NCBI GenBank assembly: GCA_020439945.1
Contig: JAGRPB010000004.1
Location: 10,307 to 74,306 of the forward strand
Direction: 5' to 3'
DNA: 64,000 nucleotides
Source: Verrucomicrobiia bacterium
GTDB lineage: Bacteria > Verrucomicrobiota > Verrucomicrobiia > Verrucomicrobiales > DEV007
In this document: in pieces, positions 1-9,187 of the stretch
Layout of the letters: every line of letters starts with the position of its first letter
Numbering within the stretch: position 1 is the stretch's first letter
Notes under the pieces: model-generated
Seen by the model: the letters and a program-made list of their open reading frames with translations, nothing else
The model's database searches: none
What the model was told of the DNA's origin: nothing
Made by a program: the position numbers and the translations under genes

Positions 1-1
1 C

Positions 2-262
2 ATCGGTGTGGGGGTGGCCGATTGTGGGGAGGACGAATTGCGCTATCGACCCGATCGCCTGGTGTCGTTCGCCGCCCGCGGAGAACGCGTGCGGGTGCCC
101 TGGATCGGAGGCGGATGGCGGCTCGAGACCGGAAGCAGCTTCGCCGCGCCGCGGGTCAGCGGTTTCGTGGCGCGACTGTTGTCGGTGTATCCGGGTCTCC
201 GCCCCGATCTGGTGAAAGCCCTGCTCAGAACGGTGGCGGCGACCTCGGGAGCCCCGGTTTGA
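2..262 (+). CDS. S8 subtilisin-like serine peptidase, C-terminal fragment (5' end lies outside the window)
   Basis: The frame is open at the window start. It contains the subtilase catalytic-Ser motif GSSFAAPRVSG. Only the last ~86 codons are present. Confidence 0.8.
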   Translation: MGVGVADCGEDELRYRPDRLVSFAARGERVRVPWIGGGWRLETGSSFAAPRVSGFVARLLSVYPGLRPDLVKALLRTVAATSGAPV

Positions 263-326
263 TCCTCCCAAGGATCGCCCAATCTTTGATTTCGGCCAGA
301 ATGCGTGAACGTTAAGGTCGAGAACC

Positions 327-1046
327 ATGCCCGGCGAAGACCCTGAGATCGTCTTTGAGACGCACGACATCACCAAGGTCTATCACATGGGCGAGGTGTC
401 GGTGCACGCCCTGCGCGGCGTCGACGTGCAGTTGTTCGAAAACGAATTCGTGGTCCTTCTCGGCCGCTCAGGCAGTGGGAAATCCACGTTGCTGAACATC
501 CTGGGCGGACTCGATGTCCCCACGAGCGGCGAGGTCATCTACCGGGGCCGCCACATGGCGGAATTCGATGAGAACGAACTGACCCAGTATCGCCGTCAGC
601 ACGTCGGATTCGTCTTCCAGTTCTACAATCTCATTCCCAGCCTGACGGCGCGGGAAAACGTGGCACTGGTCACCGAAATCGCGAAGAATCCGATGAAACC
701 GGAAGAGGCCCTGGCTCTCGTCGACCTGGAGAAACGGCTCGACCATTTCCCCTCCCAGATGTCCGGCGGCGAGCAGCAGCGCGTCGCCATCGCCCGGGCC
801 ATCGCGAAACAGCCCGATGTGCTGCTCTGTGACGAACCAACCGGGGCCCTCGATCTCAATACCGGCGTCAAAGTACTGGAAGCCCTGCAATCGGTGAATC
901 GCGAACTTGGCACCACCACCGCCGTCATCACCCACAACGCCGTCATTTCCGACATGGCGCACCGCGTCATCAGTCTCTCCGACGGACAGATCGAATCGGT
1001 ATCGCAGAACAAGACACGGAAGGAAGCGAGCGAGCTGGAGTGGTAG
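327..1046 (+). CDS. ABC transporter ATP-binding protein (MacB/LolD type)
   Basis: Walker [13 protein letters not shown] signature [14 protein letters not shown], Walker [16 protein letters not shown] at 327. Confidence 0.93.
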   Translation: MPGEDPEIVFETHDITKVYHMGEVSVHALRGVDVQLFENEFVVLLGRSGSGKSTLLNILGGLDVPTSGEVIYRGRHMAEFDENELTQYRRQHVGFVFQFYNLIPSLTARENVALVTEIAKNPMKPEEALALVDLEKRLDHFPSQMSGGEQQRVAIARAIAKQPDVLLCDEPTGALDLNTGVKVLEALQSVNRELGTTTAVITHNAVISDMAHRVISLSDGQIESVSQNKTRKEASELEW

Positions 1047-1113
1047 TGACCAGTGATGAGTAATCAGTGAATAGTAATAAGTAATTGGCGACACAGAAGA
1101 CAGGGGTTCGCCA

Positions 1114-1162
1114 CTTCCGACTTCCGACTTCCGACTTCCGACTTCCGACTTCCGACTTCCGA
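1114..1162. repeat. Perfect heptanucleotide microsatellite (CTTCCGA)x7 in the ATPase-permease intergenic spacer
   Basis: Seven head-to-tail copies counted directly, ending 4 nt before the permease ATG at 1167. It is preceded by an AT-rich low-complexity stretch with repeated AGTAAT and CAGTGA (about 1047-1085). Confidence 0.95.
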
Positions 1163-1166
1163 ACTC

Positions 1167-3530
1167 ATGCTCGCCATTCACCGCAAATTGATCCGGGATC
1201 TGCTTCAGATGAAGGGGCAGGCCCTGGCGATTTCCGCCGTGATCGGCTGTGGCATTGCAGTATTCATCGGGGCACAGACGACGCTGCTTTCTCTCCAATC
1301 GGCGCTCGCGAGCTACTACGATCGCTATCGATTCTCGGAAGTGTTCACCTCCCTCAAGCGCGCGCCCGTCGCCGTGGCGGAGCGCGTGGAAGAACTGCCC
1401 GGTGTCGCCGTGGTGGAAGACCGCATCGTCGAAGGAGTCACCCTGGATCTTCCCAATCTTGATGAGCCAGCCACCGGGAAGATCATATCGCTCCCGGATC
1501 GGGGGAGGCCGGCTTTGAACGACGTCCATCTCCTGGAGGGACGACTTCCCGAGACGGACCGCACCGGAGAAATTCTTGCCGAGGAGGCTTTCGTAAAGGC
1601 CAATGGCTTCGGGCCCGGCGACCAGATCCAGGCGGTGCTGAACGGAAAGCTGCAGACGCTGACTATCGTCGGTATCGGGCTCTCCCCGGAATACCTCACC
1701 ACCATTCAGCCGGGCAGCCTTTTTCCCGACGATCTCCGCTTCGGCATTTTCTGGATGCCGCGGAGGCAGATGGAGGCGGCTTTCGACATGGAAGGCGCGT
1801 TCAACGATCTCGCCATCTCCCTCGTCCCCGGCGCGAATGAGGACGAGGTGATCCGCCGGCTCGACCTGTTGCTGGACGACTATGGTGGTCTTGGCGCCAA
1901 TGGTAGGGACCAACATCTCTCGCACCGTTTCATCTCCGACGAGATGACCCAGCTCAAGACGATGAGCATCATCCCGCCGACGATCTTCCTGGGCGTGGCC
2001 GCCTTCCTCCTCAACGTGGCCCTGCGCCGCCTGCTCTCCCTGCAGCGCGAACAGATCGCGGCCTTGAAGGCCTTCGGCTATTCGAACCTGGAGGTCGGCG
2101 CCCACTACCTCCAACTCATCGGCGCCATCGTCGCCATCGGGGTCCTCTTCGGTTGGCTCCTCGGCACCTGGATGGGTCGTTCCATGACCGGGATGTACGC
2201 GGAGTTCTACCGCTTTCCGCTCACCAACTTTCGCCCCGATCTCCGCGTCTATCTCGGTGGTGCGCTCCTCAGTTTTGCCGCCGGCTTTGTCGGCGTCGCC
2301 GCCGGTGTCCGCCAGGCGGTCTCCATCCCCCCGGCCGAGGCGATGCGTCCCGAACCGCCGCCCACCTACGAGCCATCCCTCTTCGAACGCCTCGGCTGGC
2401 ATCGCTGGCTCAGTCAGGCGCCGCGCATGATCCTCCGCGAACTGACCCGACGCCCGGCGAAAGCGGGGCTGACTTCGCTGGGAATCGGTTTCGCCTGCGC
2501 CATTCTCATCGTGGGCAATTTCGGCAAGGACGCCATCGATTACCTGGTCGATTTCCAGTTCAGCCTCCAGGAAAGGCACGACGCCACGGTCACCTTTCAC
2601 GAGGCCGTTCCCCGGCGCGCCATCGGCAGCCTCGAGCAGATTCCCGGCATCACCCGGGTGGAGACATTCCGCGCCGTCCCCGTGCGTCTCCGTCACGGTT
2701 CTCGCTTTCACCAAACCTCGATTTCCGGGCTGGAGGAAAACCGCGAACTCTATCGGCTCATCGACGCCAACGAAAACGTGATCGCCCTCCCCGATCGCGG
2801 GCTGGTGATGTCGGCACAGCTGGCGAAGATGCTCGACCTGAAAGTCGGCGACACCGTCCGGGTCGAGGTGCTCGAGGGAGAGCGCCCCAAACGCGACGCG
2901 ATCGTCTCGGGACTGGTCGACGATTTTGCCGGCACATCGGCCTGGATGAATCGCGAAGCTCTCCATGCGCTGTTGCGCGAAGGATCGGTCATTTCCGGCG
3001 CCTACCTCCAGATCGACCCGAAACATGAAGCCGCCGCCTACCGGGAGCTCAAGGAGGCCCCCGCCGTCGCTTCGGTGACGTTGCAGAAAGTCGCGGTGCA
3101 GAGCTTCTTCGAAAACTTCGCCGAAAACCTGCTGCGGATGCGGTTGTTCAACGTCGCGTTCGCCAGCGTCATCGCCATCGGTGTCGTCTACAACAGCGCC
3201 CGGGTCTCTTTCTCCGAGCGCAGTCGCGAACTGGCCACGCTCCGGGTGATCGGCTTCACCCGAGGCGAGGTCTCGGCGATCCTCCTGGGCGAACTCGGAT
3301 TCCTCACCATGGTGGCCATCCCGGTCGGATTCCTGATCGGTTCCGGTCTCTGCAAGTTTCTCGCCACCGCACTGGAGACGGAACTCTACCGCATTCCCTT
3401 CGTTCTCAATCCGTCCACCTACAGCTTCGCCGCGATCGTCATCGTGATCGCTTCCATCCTCTCCAGCCTGATCGTTCGCCGCGGCATCGATCGGCTCGAT
3501 CTCATCGCTGTGCTCAAATCTCGCGAATAG
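1167..3530 (+). CDS. ABC transporter permease, FtsX family (double FtsX module)
   Basis: 787 aa. Hydrophobic 4-TM clusters occur in both the middle and C-terminal parts, separated by large soluble domains. It follows the MacB-type ATPase and precedes a HlyD adaptor. Confidence 0.88.
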   Translation: MLAIHRKLIRDLLQMKGQALAISAVIGCGIAVFIGAQTTLLSLQSALASYYDRYRFSEVFTSLKRAPVAVAERVEELPGVAVVEDRIVEGVTLDLPNLDEPATGKIISLPDRGRPALNDVHLLEGRLPETDRTGEILAEEAFVKANGFGPGDQIQAVLNGKLQTLTIVGIGLSPEYLTTIQPGSLFPDDLRFGIFWMPRRQMEAAFDMEGAFNDLAISLVPGANEDEVIRRLDLLLDDYGGLGANGRDQHLSHRFISDEMTQLKTMSIIPPTIFLGVAAFLLNVALRRLLSLQREQIAALKAFGYSNLEVGAHYLQLIGAIVAIGVLFGWLLGTWMGRSMTGMYAEFYRFPLTNFRPDLRVYLGGALLSFAAGFVGVAAGVRQAVSIPPAEAMRPEPPPTYEPSLFERLGWHRWLSQAPRMILRELTRRPAKAGLTSLGIGFACAILIVGNFGKDAIDYLVDFQFSLQERHDATVTFHEAVPRRAIGSLEQIPGITRVETFRAVPVRLRHGSRFHQTSISGLEENRELYRLIDANENVIALPDRGLVMSAQLAKMLDLKVGDTVRVEVLEGERPKRDAIVSGLVDDFAGTSAWMNREALHALLREGSVISGAYLQIDPKHEAAAYRELKEAPAVASVTLQKVAVQSFFENFAENLLRMRLFNVAFASVIAIGVVYNSARVSFSERSRELATLRVIGFTRGEVSAILLGELGFLTMVAIPVGFLIGSGLCKFLATALETELYRIPFVLNPSTYSFAAIVIVIASILSSLIVRRGIDRLDLIAVLKSRE

Positions 3531-3552
3531 ACTCCCTCCCTCCCTCTTTCCC

Positions 3553-4839
3553 ATGAAACGAAAAACCATCTACTGGATCATCGCCGTCGTCATCGTGGCG
3601 GCGCTGGTGCTGATCGGGCTCCGGCCAAAAACCGTCGAAGTCGATTTCGGCTCCGTATCCCGGGGAACGCTGGTCGTGACGGTGAACGAAGACGGCGAGA
3701 CCCGCATTCGCGAGCCCTACCTGATTTCCGCCCCGCTCGCCGGTCGTCTGCTCCGGGTCGAACTGGAACCCGGCGATCCGATCGACAAGGACGAAGTGCT
3801 CGCCGCCATCGACCCCAGCGTTCCCGGATTGCTCGACGCCCGTTCCGAAGCCGAGGCACAGGCACGGGTCAACGCGGCGCAGGCATCCTACGAACGCACC
3901 GAGAGCCAACTGGAAATCGCCAAGGCGGACTTCGATCAGGCGCAGCGTTACCACGAACGTGATCTCGGTCGCCTCGATCGTGGCAACATTTCGGAAGCCA
4001 CCCTGGAGGATACCGAGCACCAGTTGAGAGTCGCGCGGAACAATCTCTCCGCCGCCCAATCCTCCCTCGAGATCGCGAAATTCGAACTCGAACAGGCCAA
4101 GTCGGCCCTGATTTATTCCAAATCCCTGGGACGTGAAGATCAACCGACCGGTCGCCATTTCGAGATTCACAGTCCCATCGAGGGCGTGGTCCTGCGTCGC
4201 TTCCAGGAAAGCAGCATCATGCTGCCGGCCGGCGAGCGCATTCTCGAAATCGGTGATCCCCACGATCTCGAAATCCGAATCGACGTGCTTTCCCAGGATG
4301 CCGTCCGCATCCGGCCCGGCCAACGCATCATCATCGAGCACTGGGGCGGCGAAAAGCACCTGACTGCCTGGGTGAGACGCGTCGAGCCTTCCGCTTTCAC
4401 CAAGACATCGGCGCTCGGAGTGGACGAGCAGCGCGTGTGGGTCTATGGCGATTTCGCGGAGGATGATCCCGCCGCCGCCGTGACCAAAGAGGGTCAGGTC
4501 CCGGACTCAACAGGGTCGAATGAAGTCACCGCCGAAGACGAGGCGAAGGCTCTGGGTGACGCCTATCGGATCGAGGCGCGGATCGTCGTCTGGGAGCGGA
4601 ACGACGTGCTCAAGGTCCCGGCGGGAGCGCTTTTTCGCGATTCCGGCACACAGGGAGACGAACGCAGCTGGGCCGTCTACCGACGTTCCGACGATGGTGT
4701 CGCGGAAAAAATTCCCGTCACTCTCGGGGAGCGCAACGACCAGGAGGCACAGGTTCTCGAAGGCCTTGACGAAGGCGACCAAGTCGTCCTGCACCCCAGC
4801 GACAAGGTGGATATCGGCACGAAGCTGGAGAGCCGGTGA
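3553..4839 (+). CDS. HlyD-family membrane fusion / periplasmic adaptor protein
   Basis: N-terminal TM anchor (IYWIIAVVIVAALVLIGL), a long coiled-coil segment (AQASYERTESQLEIAKADFDQAQ...SSLEIAKFELEQAKS) and a beta-rich C-terminus. It is the third gene of the ABC set. Confidence 0.88.
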   Translation: MKRKTIYWIIAVVIVAALVLIGLRPKTVEVDFGSVSRGTLVVTVNEDGETRIREPYLISAPLAGRLLRVELEPGDPIDKDEVLAAIDPSVPGLLDARSEAEAQARVNAAQASYERTESQLEIAKADFDQAQRYHERDLGRLDRGNISEATLEDTEHQLRVARNNLSAAQSSLEIAKFELEQAKSALIYSKSLGREDQPTGRHFEIHSPIEGVVLRRFQESSIMLPAGERILEIGDPHDLEIRIDVLSQDAVRIRPGQRIIIEHWGGEKHLTAWVRRVEPSAFTKTSALGVDEQRVWVYGDFAEDDPAAAVTKEGQVPDSTGSNEVTAEDEAKALGDAYRIEARIVVWERNDVLKVPAGALFRDSGTQGDERSWAVYRRSDDGVAEKIPVTLGERNDQEAQVLEGLDEGDQVVLHPSDKVDIGTKLESR

Positions 4840-4843
4840 CGAT

Positions 4844-4880
4844 AAAAAAAGCCGCTCCCGTTTCCGGAAGCGGCCTTTTC
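4844..4880. terminator. Bidirectional intrinsic terminator between convergent genes
   Basis: Stem GCCGCT (4851-4856) pairs with AGCGGC (4869-4874). It is flanked by A7 (4844-4850) and T4 (4876-4879). It lies between the HlyD stop (4839) and the cupredoxin stop (4905). Confidence 0.7.
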
Positions 4881-4904
4881 AGAAAAAATCGCGAGCGATT
4901 CGAA

Positions 4905-5366
4905 TCACTCGGTCACCTTCATGACGCCGTTCATGATGGCGGCGTGTCCGATGTAGGAGCAGAGGTAGGGATAGTCGCCCGGAGCCGGCGCCGTGAACTC
5001 GATGGTCTCCTGCTCACCGGGCTTCAGAAGCTTGGTGTGGTAGAGCATGTCATCGGTTTCCGGAATCGGATTGGCGATCCAGTTCGGGTCGGCCAGCTTG
5101 GAAGGATCGCTCACCAGGGCGATCATGGCGTTGAGTTTGCCCGGTTTTGCGAGGATGAAATTGTGGGGCTGCAGGTTCTGGCTGTCGGCGGGATTGATGA
5201 AGGTCACTTTGACTTTCTGGCCCGTCTTGACGGTGAATTCCTTGGTGTCATAAGCCAGCTGGATCTTGTCCGCGTGGATGGTGATCTCGGCGTCTTCCGC
5301 ATGAAGCAGGTTGCCGGAGGTCAGTAGACTTGCCGCCAAGGCGAGGATAGCAGTGGTTCGTTTCAT
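4905..5366 (-). CDS. Azurin-like blue-copper (cupredoxin) protein, secreted
   Basis: Start moved to the ATG at 5366, giving signal peptide MKRTTAILALAASLLTSG. Copper ligands are PHNF and C-x4-H-x3-M (YLCSYIGHAAIM), the same spacing as azurin. Confidence 0.85.
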   Translation of the reverse strand: MKRTTAILALAASLLTSGNLLHAEDAEITIHADKIQLAYDTKEFTVKTGQKVKVTFINPADSQNLQPHNFILAKPGKLNAMIALVSDPSKLADPNWIANPIPETDDMLYHTKLLKPGEQETIEFTAPAPGDYPYLCSYIGHAAIMNGVMKVTE

Positions 5367-5684
5367 TTCGTAGGTTGGAGAATGAATGATGGTGAGGGAG
5401 ATGGATGACTCGCCGAACACGGCGGCGTCATAGACTTTACGCTGGATGGGAGCCGACTGGATGGCGTTCCCACCGCGAAAAAGGGTCGTCAGAGTAACCG
5501 AGCGGCCGGGGGTCGCAAGTGGGTTTTCGGCACCTGTTTGGACGCGTTCAGGCACCCAAACTGGAGTCCAAGCCCCAAAGATTTAAAGATTTGACCATTA
5601 AATCTTGAAAAAATGACGAAAATTATTTTTTATTATGGAAATTCTGCTAAATTTCAAAATATTCAGAACCAATCATTTTTACGG

Positions 5685-6485
5685 ATGAACCGAATTCTTA
5701 TTGCTTCCGGCGATCAAACCACCGCAGAAGGCGTCCAATACGCTCTCTCGTCCGCCGGCTACCAAACCGCCGTGATCGCCGACAGCCAGCAGCTGATGGC
5801 TTTCTGCGGGCAGCACACGCCCGACCTGACGGTGATCGATCTCGACCTGCCGGGTAGTGACGTCTTGTCCGCCGCACAGGCGATACGGAGCGAAACACGC
5901 CTGCAGAACATGCCGCTCATCGGACTCGCCGGTCCGGTCTCTGACGCGGAACGCGAGCAGGCAAAAGTCTGCGGATTCTCGGCTCTGGAGAGCAAACCTC
6001 TGAATCTTCCGAACCTGGTCAACACCGTCCAGACGGCTTTGAATTCCGTGGCGACCAACATCACTCCCATGCCGGCGCCCAAACCGGCTCCCGTCAATGT
6101 CGACGTGGATCGTGACCCGGTCGGTGTGTTGCTCCGCCAGACCTCAGAAATTCGCACGCTTACAGCCGACCTGAAACCGGCCGTGGCGACCTACGGCGAA
6201 GAAGCGCCGGAGCTTTTCGGCTACATCGAGAATTCGGGCAACCAGATTCAGAACGAACTCGACAAGCTGGCCGAGCACGGAATGGAACGCTCCGCCGTCG
6301 CGTTGCAGGACAAGGATCTGCGCCACGATTTTCGCAACATGATCGGCTCGGTGACCGGTTTCTCCGAACTCCTGCTCATGGAGTCGGGTGTGCACGGCGA
6401 AGCGCGGGAGAAATTCATCCGCATTCGCGAGATCTGCCGCGAATTCTGCGAGATTCTCGATCAGCAGAAAGCCGCCGCCGCCTGA
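5685..6485 (+). CDS. Response-regulator receiver domain fused to a HisKA/DHp-like H-box segment, with no ATPase domain
   Basis: The REC domain (RILIASGD...DLTVIDLDLPG...) starts at the ATG at 5685. The track start at 5613 lies in AT-rich promoter-like DNA. The C-terminus has the H-box LRHDFRNMIGSVTGFSELL, and the protein ends ~45 aa later. Confidence 0.8.
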   Translation: MNRILIASGDQTTAEGVQYALSSAGYQTAVIADSQQLMAFCGQHTPDLTVIDLDLPGSDVLSAAQAIRSETRLQNMPLIGLAGPVSDAEREQAKVCGFSALESKPLNLPNLVNTVQTALNSVATNITPMPAPKPAPVNVDVDRDPVGVLLRQTSEIRTLTADLKPAVATYGEEAPELFGYIENSGNQIQNELDKLAEHGMERSAVALQDKDLRHDFRNMIGSVTGFSELLLMESGVHGEAREKFIRIREICREFCEILDQQKAAAA

Positions 6486-6525
6486 GGTTACCCACTCTCA
6501 GCGACGGGTCCGGTTCGTCTTTTCT

Positions 6526-8127
6526 TCACCCCGTGATCGCGTCGCGGGTGTATTCCCCGTCGACCAGACGCAGGATGCCGCGCGGATTGTCGTCGCGCAG
6601 TTCCTCGGGCAACTGCGATTGCGGCCATCCCTGGAAACAGAGCGGGCGGACGAATCGTTGGATGCAACGCGTCCCGATACTGGTGAAGTAACTGTGGGCG
6701 GTGGCCGGATAGGGACCGCCGTGGTGCATGGCGTGACAGACTTCGATCCCCGTCGGGAACCCGTTGAAGATCAATCGCCCCACCTTTTTCTCGAGAATGT
6801 CGATGAGCCCGCGATAGGTGGCGAGGTCCTCCTCGGTGCCATGGATGGACGCGGTGAGTGAACCGTCAAGTTGAGCGGCAAATTCCTCGAGGTCGCTCGG
6901 TGAGGGACATTTCACCACGGTGGAGACGGGACCGAAGACTTCCTCGAACAACTCGGGATTGTTTCGAAGCCCATCGGCATCCGTTTCGAACACGTAGCAG
7001 GCGGCCTCCGATTTCGCCGGGTCGGCGGGAGTCCCGGATTCGCCGACCAGGGTCAATCCGGAGCGATGCTGCATGGCATTGACGCCCTCGACAAAGGCAT
7101 GATGGATTCCGGCGTGAAGCATGGTGGCCGGAGCCGCGCCCTTCGCCCCTGAAGCGGCGCCTTCGACGAAAGCGGACAGTTCGTCGGACTCGAGGCCGAG
7201 CACGAGCCCGGGATTGGTGCAAAACTGCCCCACCCCGAGGGTGAGCGATTGGATATAGCCGGCGGAAATCGCCTCGCCACGTTCCTTGAGCGCGCCGGGA
7301 AGGACGAAGATGGGATTGACACTGCCCATTTCGGCATAAAAAGGAATCGGAGCAGGACGGGCATTGGCGGCATCGTAGAGCGCCCGCCCGCCACGCAACG
7401 AACCGGTAAAGGCGGCCGCCGTGGTTTCCGGATGCTGAACCAGGCCGACACCCACGGCGTTCGTCCGGCCCTGCACCATGGAGAAAACGCCTTCCGGCAT
7501 GCCGGTCTTTTCCGCGGCGGCGAGAATGGCGCGACCGACCAGCTCACAGGTCGCCGGATGAGCGGGATGCGCTTTCACCACCACGGGACAACCGGCGGCA
7601 AACGCCGAGACGGTATCCGCTCCGAACACGGAAATCGCGAGAGGGAAATTGCTGGCGCCAAAAACGACCACCGGCCCCACCGGAAACATGAGACTGCGGA
7701 CATCCGGTTTCGGCAAAGGCTGGCGTTCCGGCTGCGGCAGATCGATGCGCGCGTCCACCCAGGAACCTTCGCGAACGTACTGGGCGAACATTCTCGCCTG
7801 ACCGGTGGCACGGCCGCGTTCCCCCACACAGCGGGGCTCCGGATGACCGGTCTCTGCCATCGCCGTCTCGATCAACTGGCCGCCGAGAGCCTCCACCTCG
7901 TCCGCACAGGCTTCGAGGAATCGCGCGCGATCCTCGGCCGAAGTCTGACGAAAGGCGACAAATGCCTCGGCCGCGAGCGTCATCGCGCGATCGATCTCGG
8001 CTGCGCTTGCCTCGTGAAATACCGTCGGCAACAGGTCCCCCGTCGCCGGATTCGCCGCCTGGAAAGTGTCGTCCGATTCTCCGCTGGTGCCGCGGCCGAT
8101 GAGTTGATGTCCGTGAAGTTCAAGCAT
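6526..8127 (-). CDS. Aldehyde dehydrogenase, alpha-ketoglutarate semialdehyde (2,5-dioxovalerate) dehydrogenase-like
   Basis: 533 aa of the ALDH superfamily. The catalytic-Cys region is LGVGQFCTNPG, and the size and N-terminus are typical of NADP-dependent KGSADH. Confidence 0.85.
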   Translation of the reverse strand: MLELHGHQLIGRGTSGESDDTFQAANPATGDLLPTVFHEASAAEIDRAMTLAAEAFVAFRQTSAEDRARFLEACADEVEALGGQLIETAMAETGHPEPRCVGERGRATGQARMFAQYVREGSWVDARIDLPQPERQPLPKPDVRSLMFPVGPVVVFGASNFPLAISVFGADTVSAFAAGCPVVVKAHPAHPATCELVGRAILAAAEKTGMPEGVFSMVQGRTNAVGVGLVQHPETTAAAFTGSLRGGRALYDAANARPAPIPFYAEMGSVNPIFVLPGALKERGEAISAGYIQSLTLGVGQFCTNPGLVLGLESDELSAFVEGAASGAKGAAPATMLHAGIHHAFVEGVNAMQHRSGLTLVGESGTPADPAKSEAACYVFETDADGLRNNPELFEEVFGPVSTVVKCPSPSDLEEFAAQLDGSLTASIHGTEEDLATYRGLIDILEKKVGRLIFNGFPTGIEVCHAMHHGGPYPATAHSYFTSIGTRCIQRFVRPLCFQGWPQSQLPEELRDDNPRGILRLVDGEYTRDAITG

Positions 8128-8166
8128 GGGAAAGTTCGTTTTTTGAGATTTCTGGGTAGGAGCGAT

Positions 8167-9078
8167 TCAAGCGCGGTTGATGAGTTCGATCGCCGCCGAT
8201 TTCACCCTCTCGCTCTCCGCCGGTGCCAGACCGCTGAGCAAGGGCAGGGCCGGTCCCGTGTCCGCGATTCCCGCCAACGCGACCGCTTCGTGCAACACCC
8301 GCACGGGATTGATTTCATTGCGGAGATCTTCCAAGGGACGAAATCCGGCGCGAAGCAATTCCGCGCGTTCGTAATCCTCCGCCACGATGGCTTCCAGCAT
8401 CTGCTGACTCAGGTCCGGGCGCACGCACACACACCCGGCGGTGAATCCGTTGATGCCGAAATCACGGAGGTGAATGATGGCCGGCTGCTCTCCGATGCCG
8501 CTGACGATGAGCTGGGGATCGACGAGGTTGACGAGTTCGCTGAGGTAGGGGTCGTTCAGCGGATCTTCCCGGACAATGGCGTACTTGATCCACGAGACGA
8601 GCCCGTCGTCGACCAGCGCCGCCGCGTCCGCCGGATCGATGAACCCATCGAACTTGATGTAAAGCACGATGGGCTTGCCGAACGCCTCGGCAAATCGACG
8701 CACCCCCGTGGCCACGCCCGCCGAGGTGGTCAGCCCCTGCATGGGCAAGATCATGACGGTCGGGAACTCGAAGTCGCCGAGTATTTTCGCCTGATCCATC
8801 ATCGTCCCCCAGGCCGGACCGACGGAGGGAATCACGAGGGAATTTTCTCCGGCCGCCTCGACCAATCCGGCAAGAACGTGGGCATACTCGCTGAGAGCGA
8901 TGTGGTAGAAATTCGCGTTGCCTCCGTACAGCAGAATATCGACACCTCCCGCTTCGATATGGCGCATGATTTTTGCGTTCTCGCCCGGTGCAAACTTCAA
9001 ATCGGCGTCCCGGGCCATGGGTGGGACAGCGATGACGGATGAGCGGAGGCGTTCAGGGGTGACGGGAGAGGTTTGCAT
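8167..9078 (-). CDS. DHDPS/N-acetylneuraminate-lyase family class I aldolase/dehydratase (keto-deoxy-sugar-acid dehydratase candidate)
   Basis: 303 aa with the DapA-family layout. It lies immediately upstream of the KGSADH-like gene on the same strand, a pairing typical of oxidative pentose/hexarate routes. Confidence 0.7.
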   Translation of the reverse strand: MQTSPVTPERLRSSVIAVPPMARDADLKFAPGENAKIMRHIEAGGVDILLYGGNANFYHIALSEYAHVLAGLVEAAGENSLVIPSVGPAWGTMMDQAKILGDFEFPTVMILPMQGLTTSAGVATGVRRFAEAFGKPIVLYIKFDGFIDPADAAALVDDGLVSWIKYAIVREDPLNDPYLSELVNLVDPQLIVSGIGEQPAIIHLRDFGINGFTAGCVCVRPDLSQQMLEAIVAEDYERAELLRAGFRPLEDLRNEINPVRVLHEAVALAGIADTGPALPLLSGLAPAESERVKSAAIELINRA

Positions 9079-9187
9079 ACGAAGACGTTCCGGAAAGGAA
9101 ACGCCTCAAGACTTGGCGCAAGCGGTCCGCAGCGTCAATCGCGAATCCGGGCGAAAAGCAGGCGCACCCCGCTCACGATCTTCCGGC

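Noticed and set aside
468-3569. 1033-aa minus-strand ORF spanning the ABC ATPase and FtsX permease genes
   Set aside because: This is an antisense artefact of the high GC content. Its composition is Gly/Arg/Asp/Glu-rich and it has no motifs, whereas the plus-strand genes carry Walker, ABC-signature and FtsX features.
5613-5684. Track start at 5613 for the REC-DHp gene (MTKIIFYYGNSAKFQNIQ...)
   Set aside because: The extension lies in AT-rich promoter-like DNA with atypical codon usage. The REC domain begins right after the ATG at 5685.
7249-9042. 597-aa plus-strand ORF opposite the aldehyde dehydrogenase and DHDPS-family genes
   Set aside because: Antisense artefact. It is Arg/Gly-rich low-complexity sequence, and the minus-strand products have clear family signatures.
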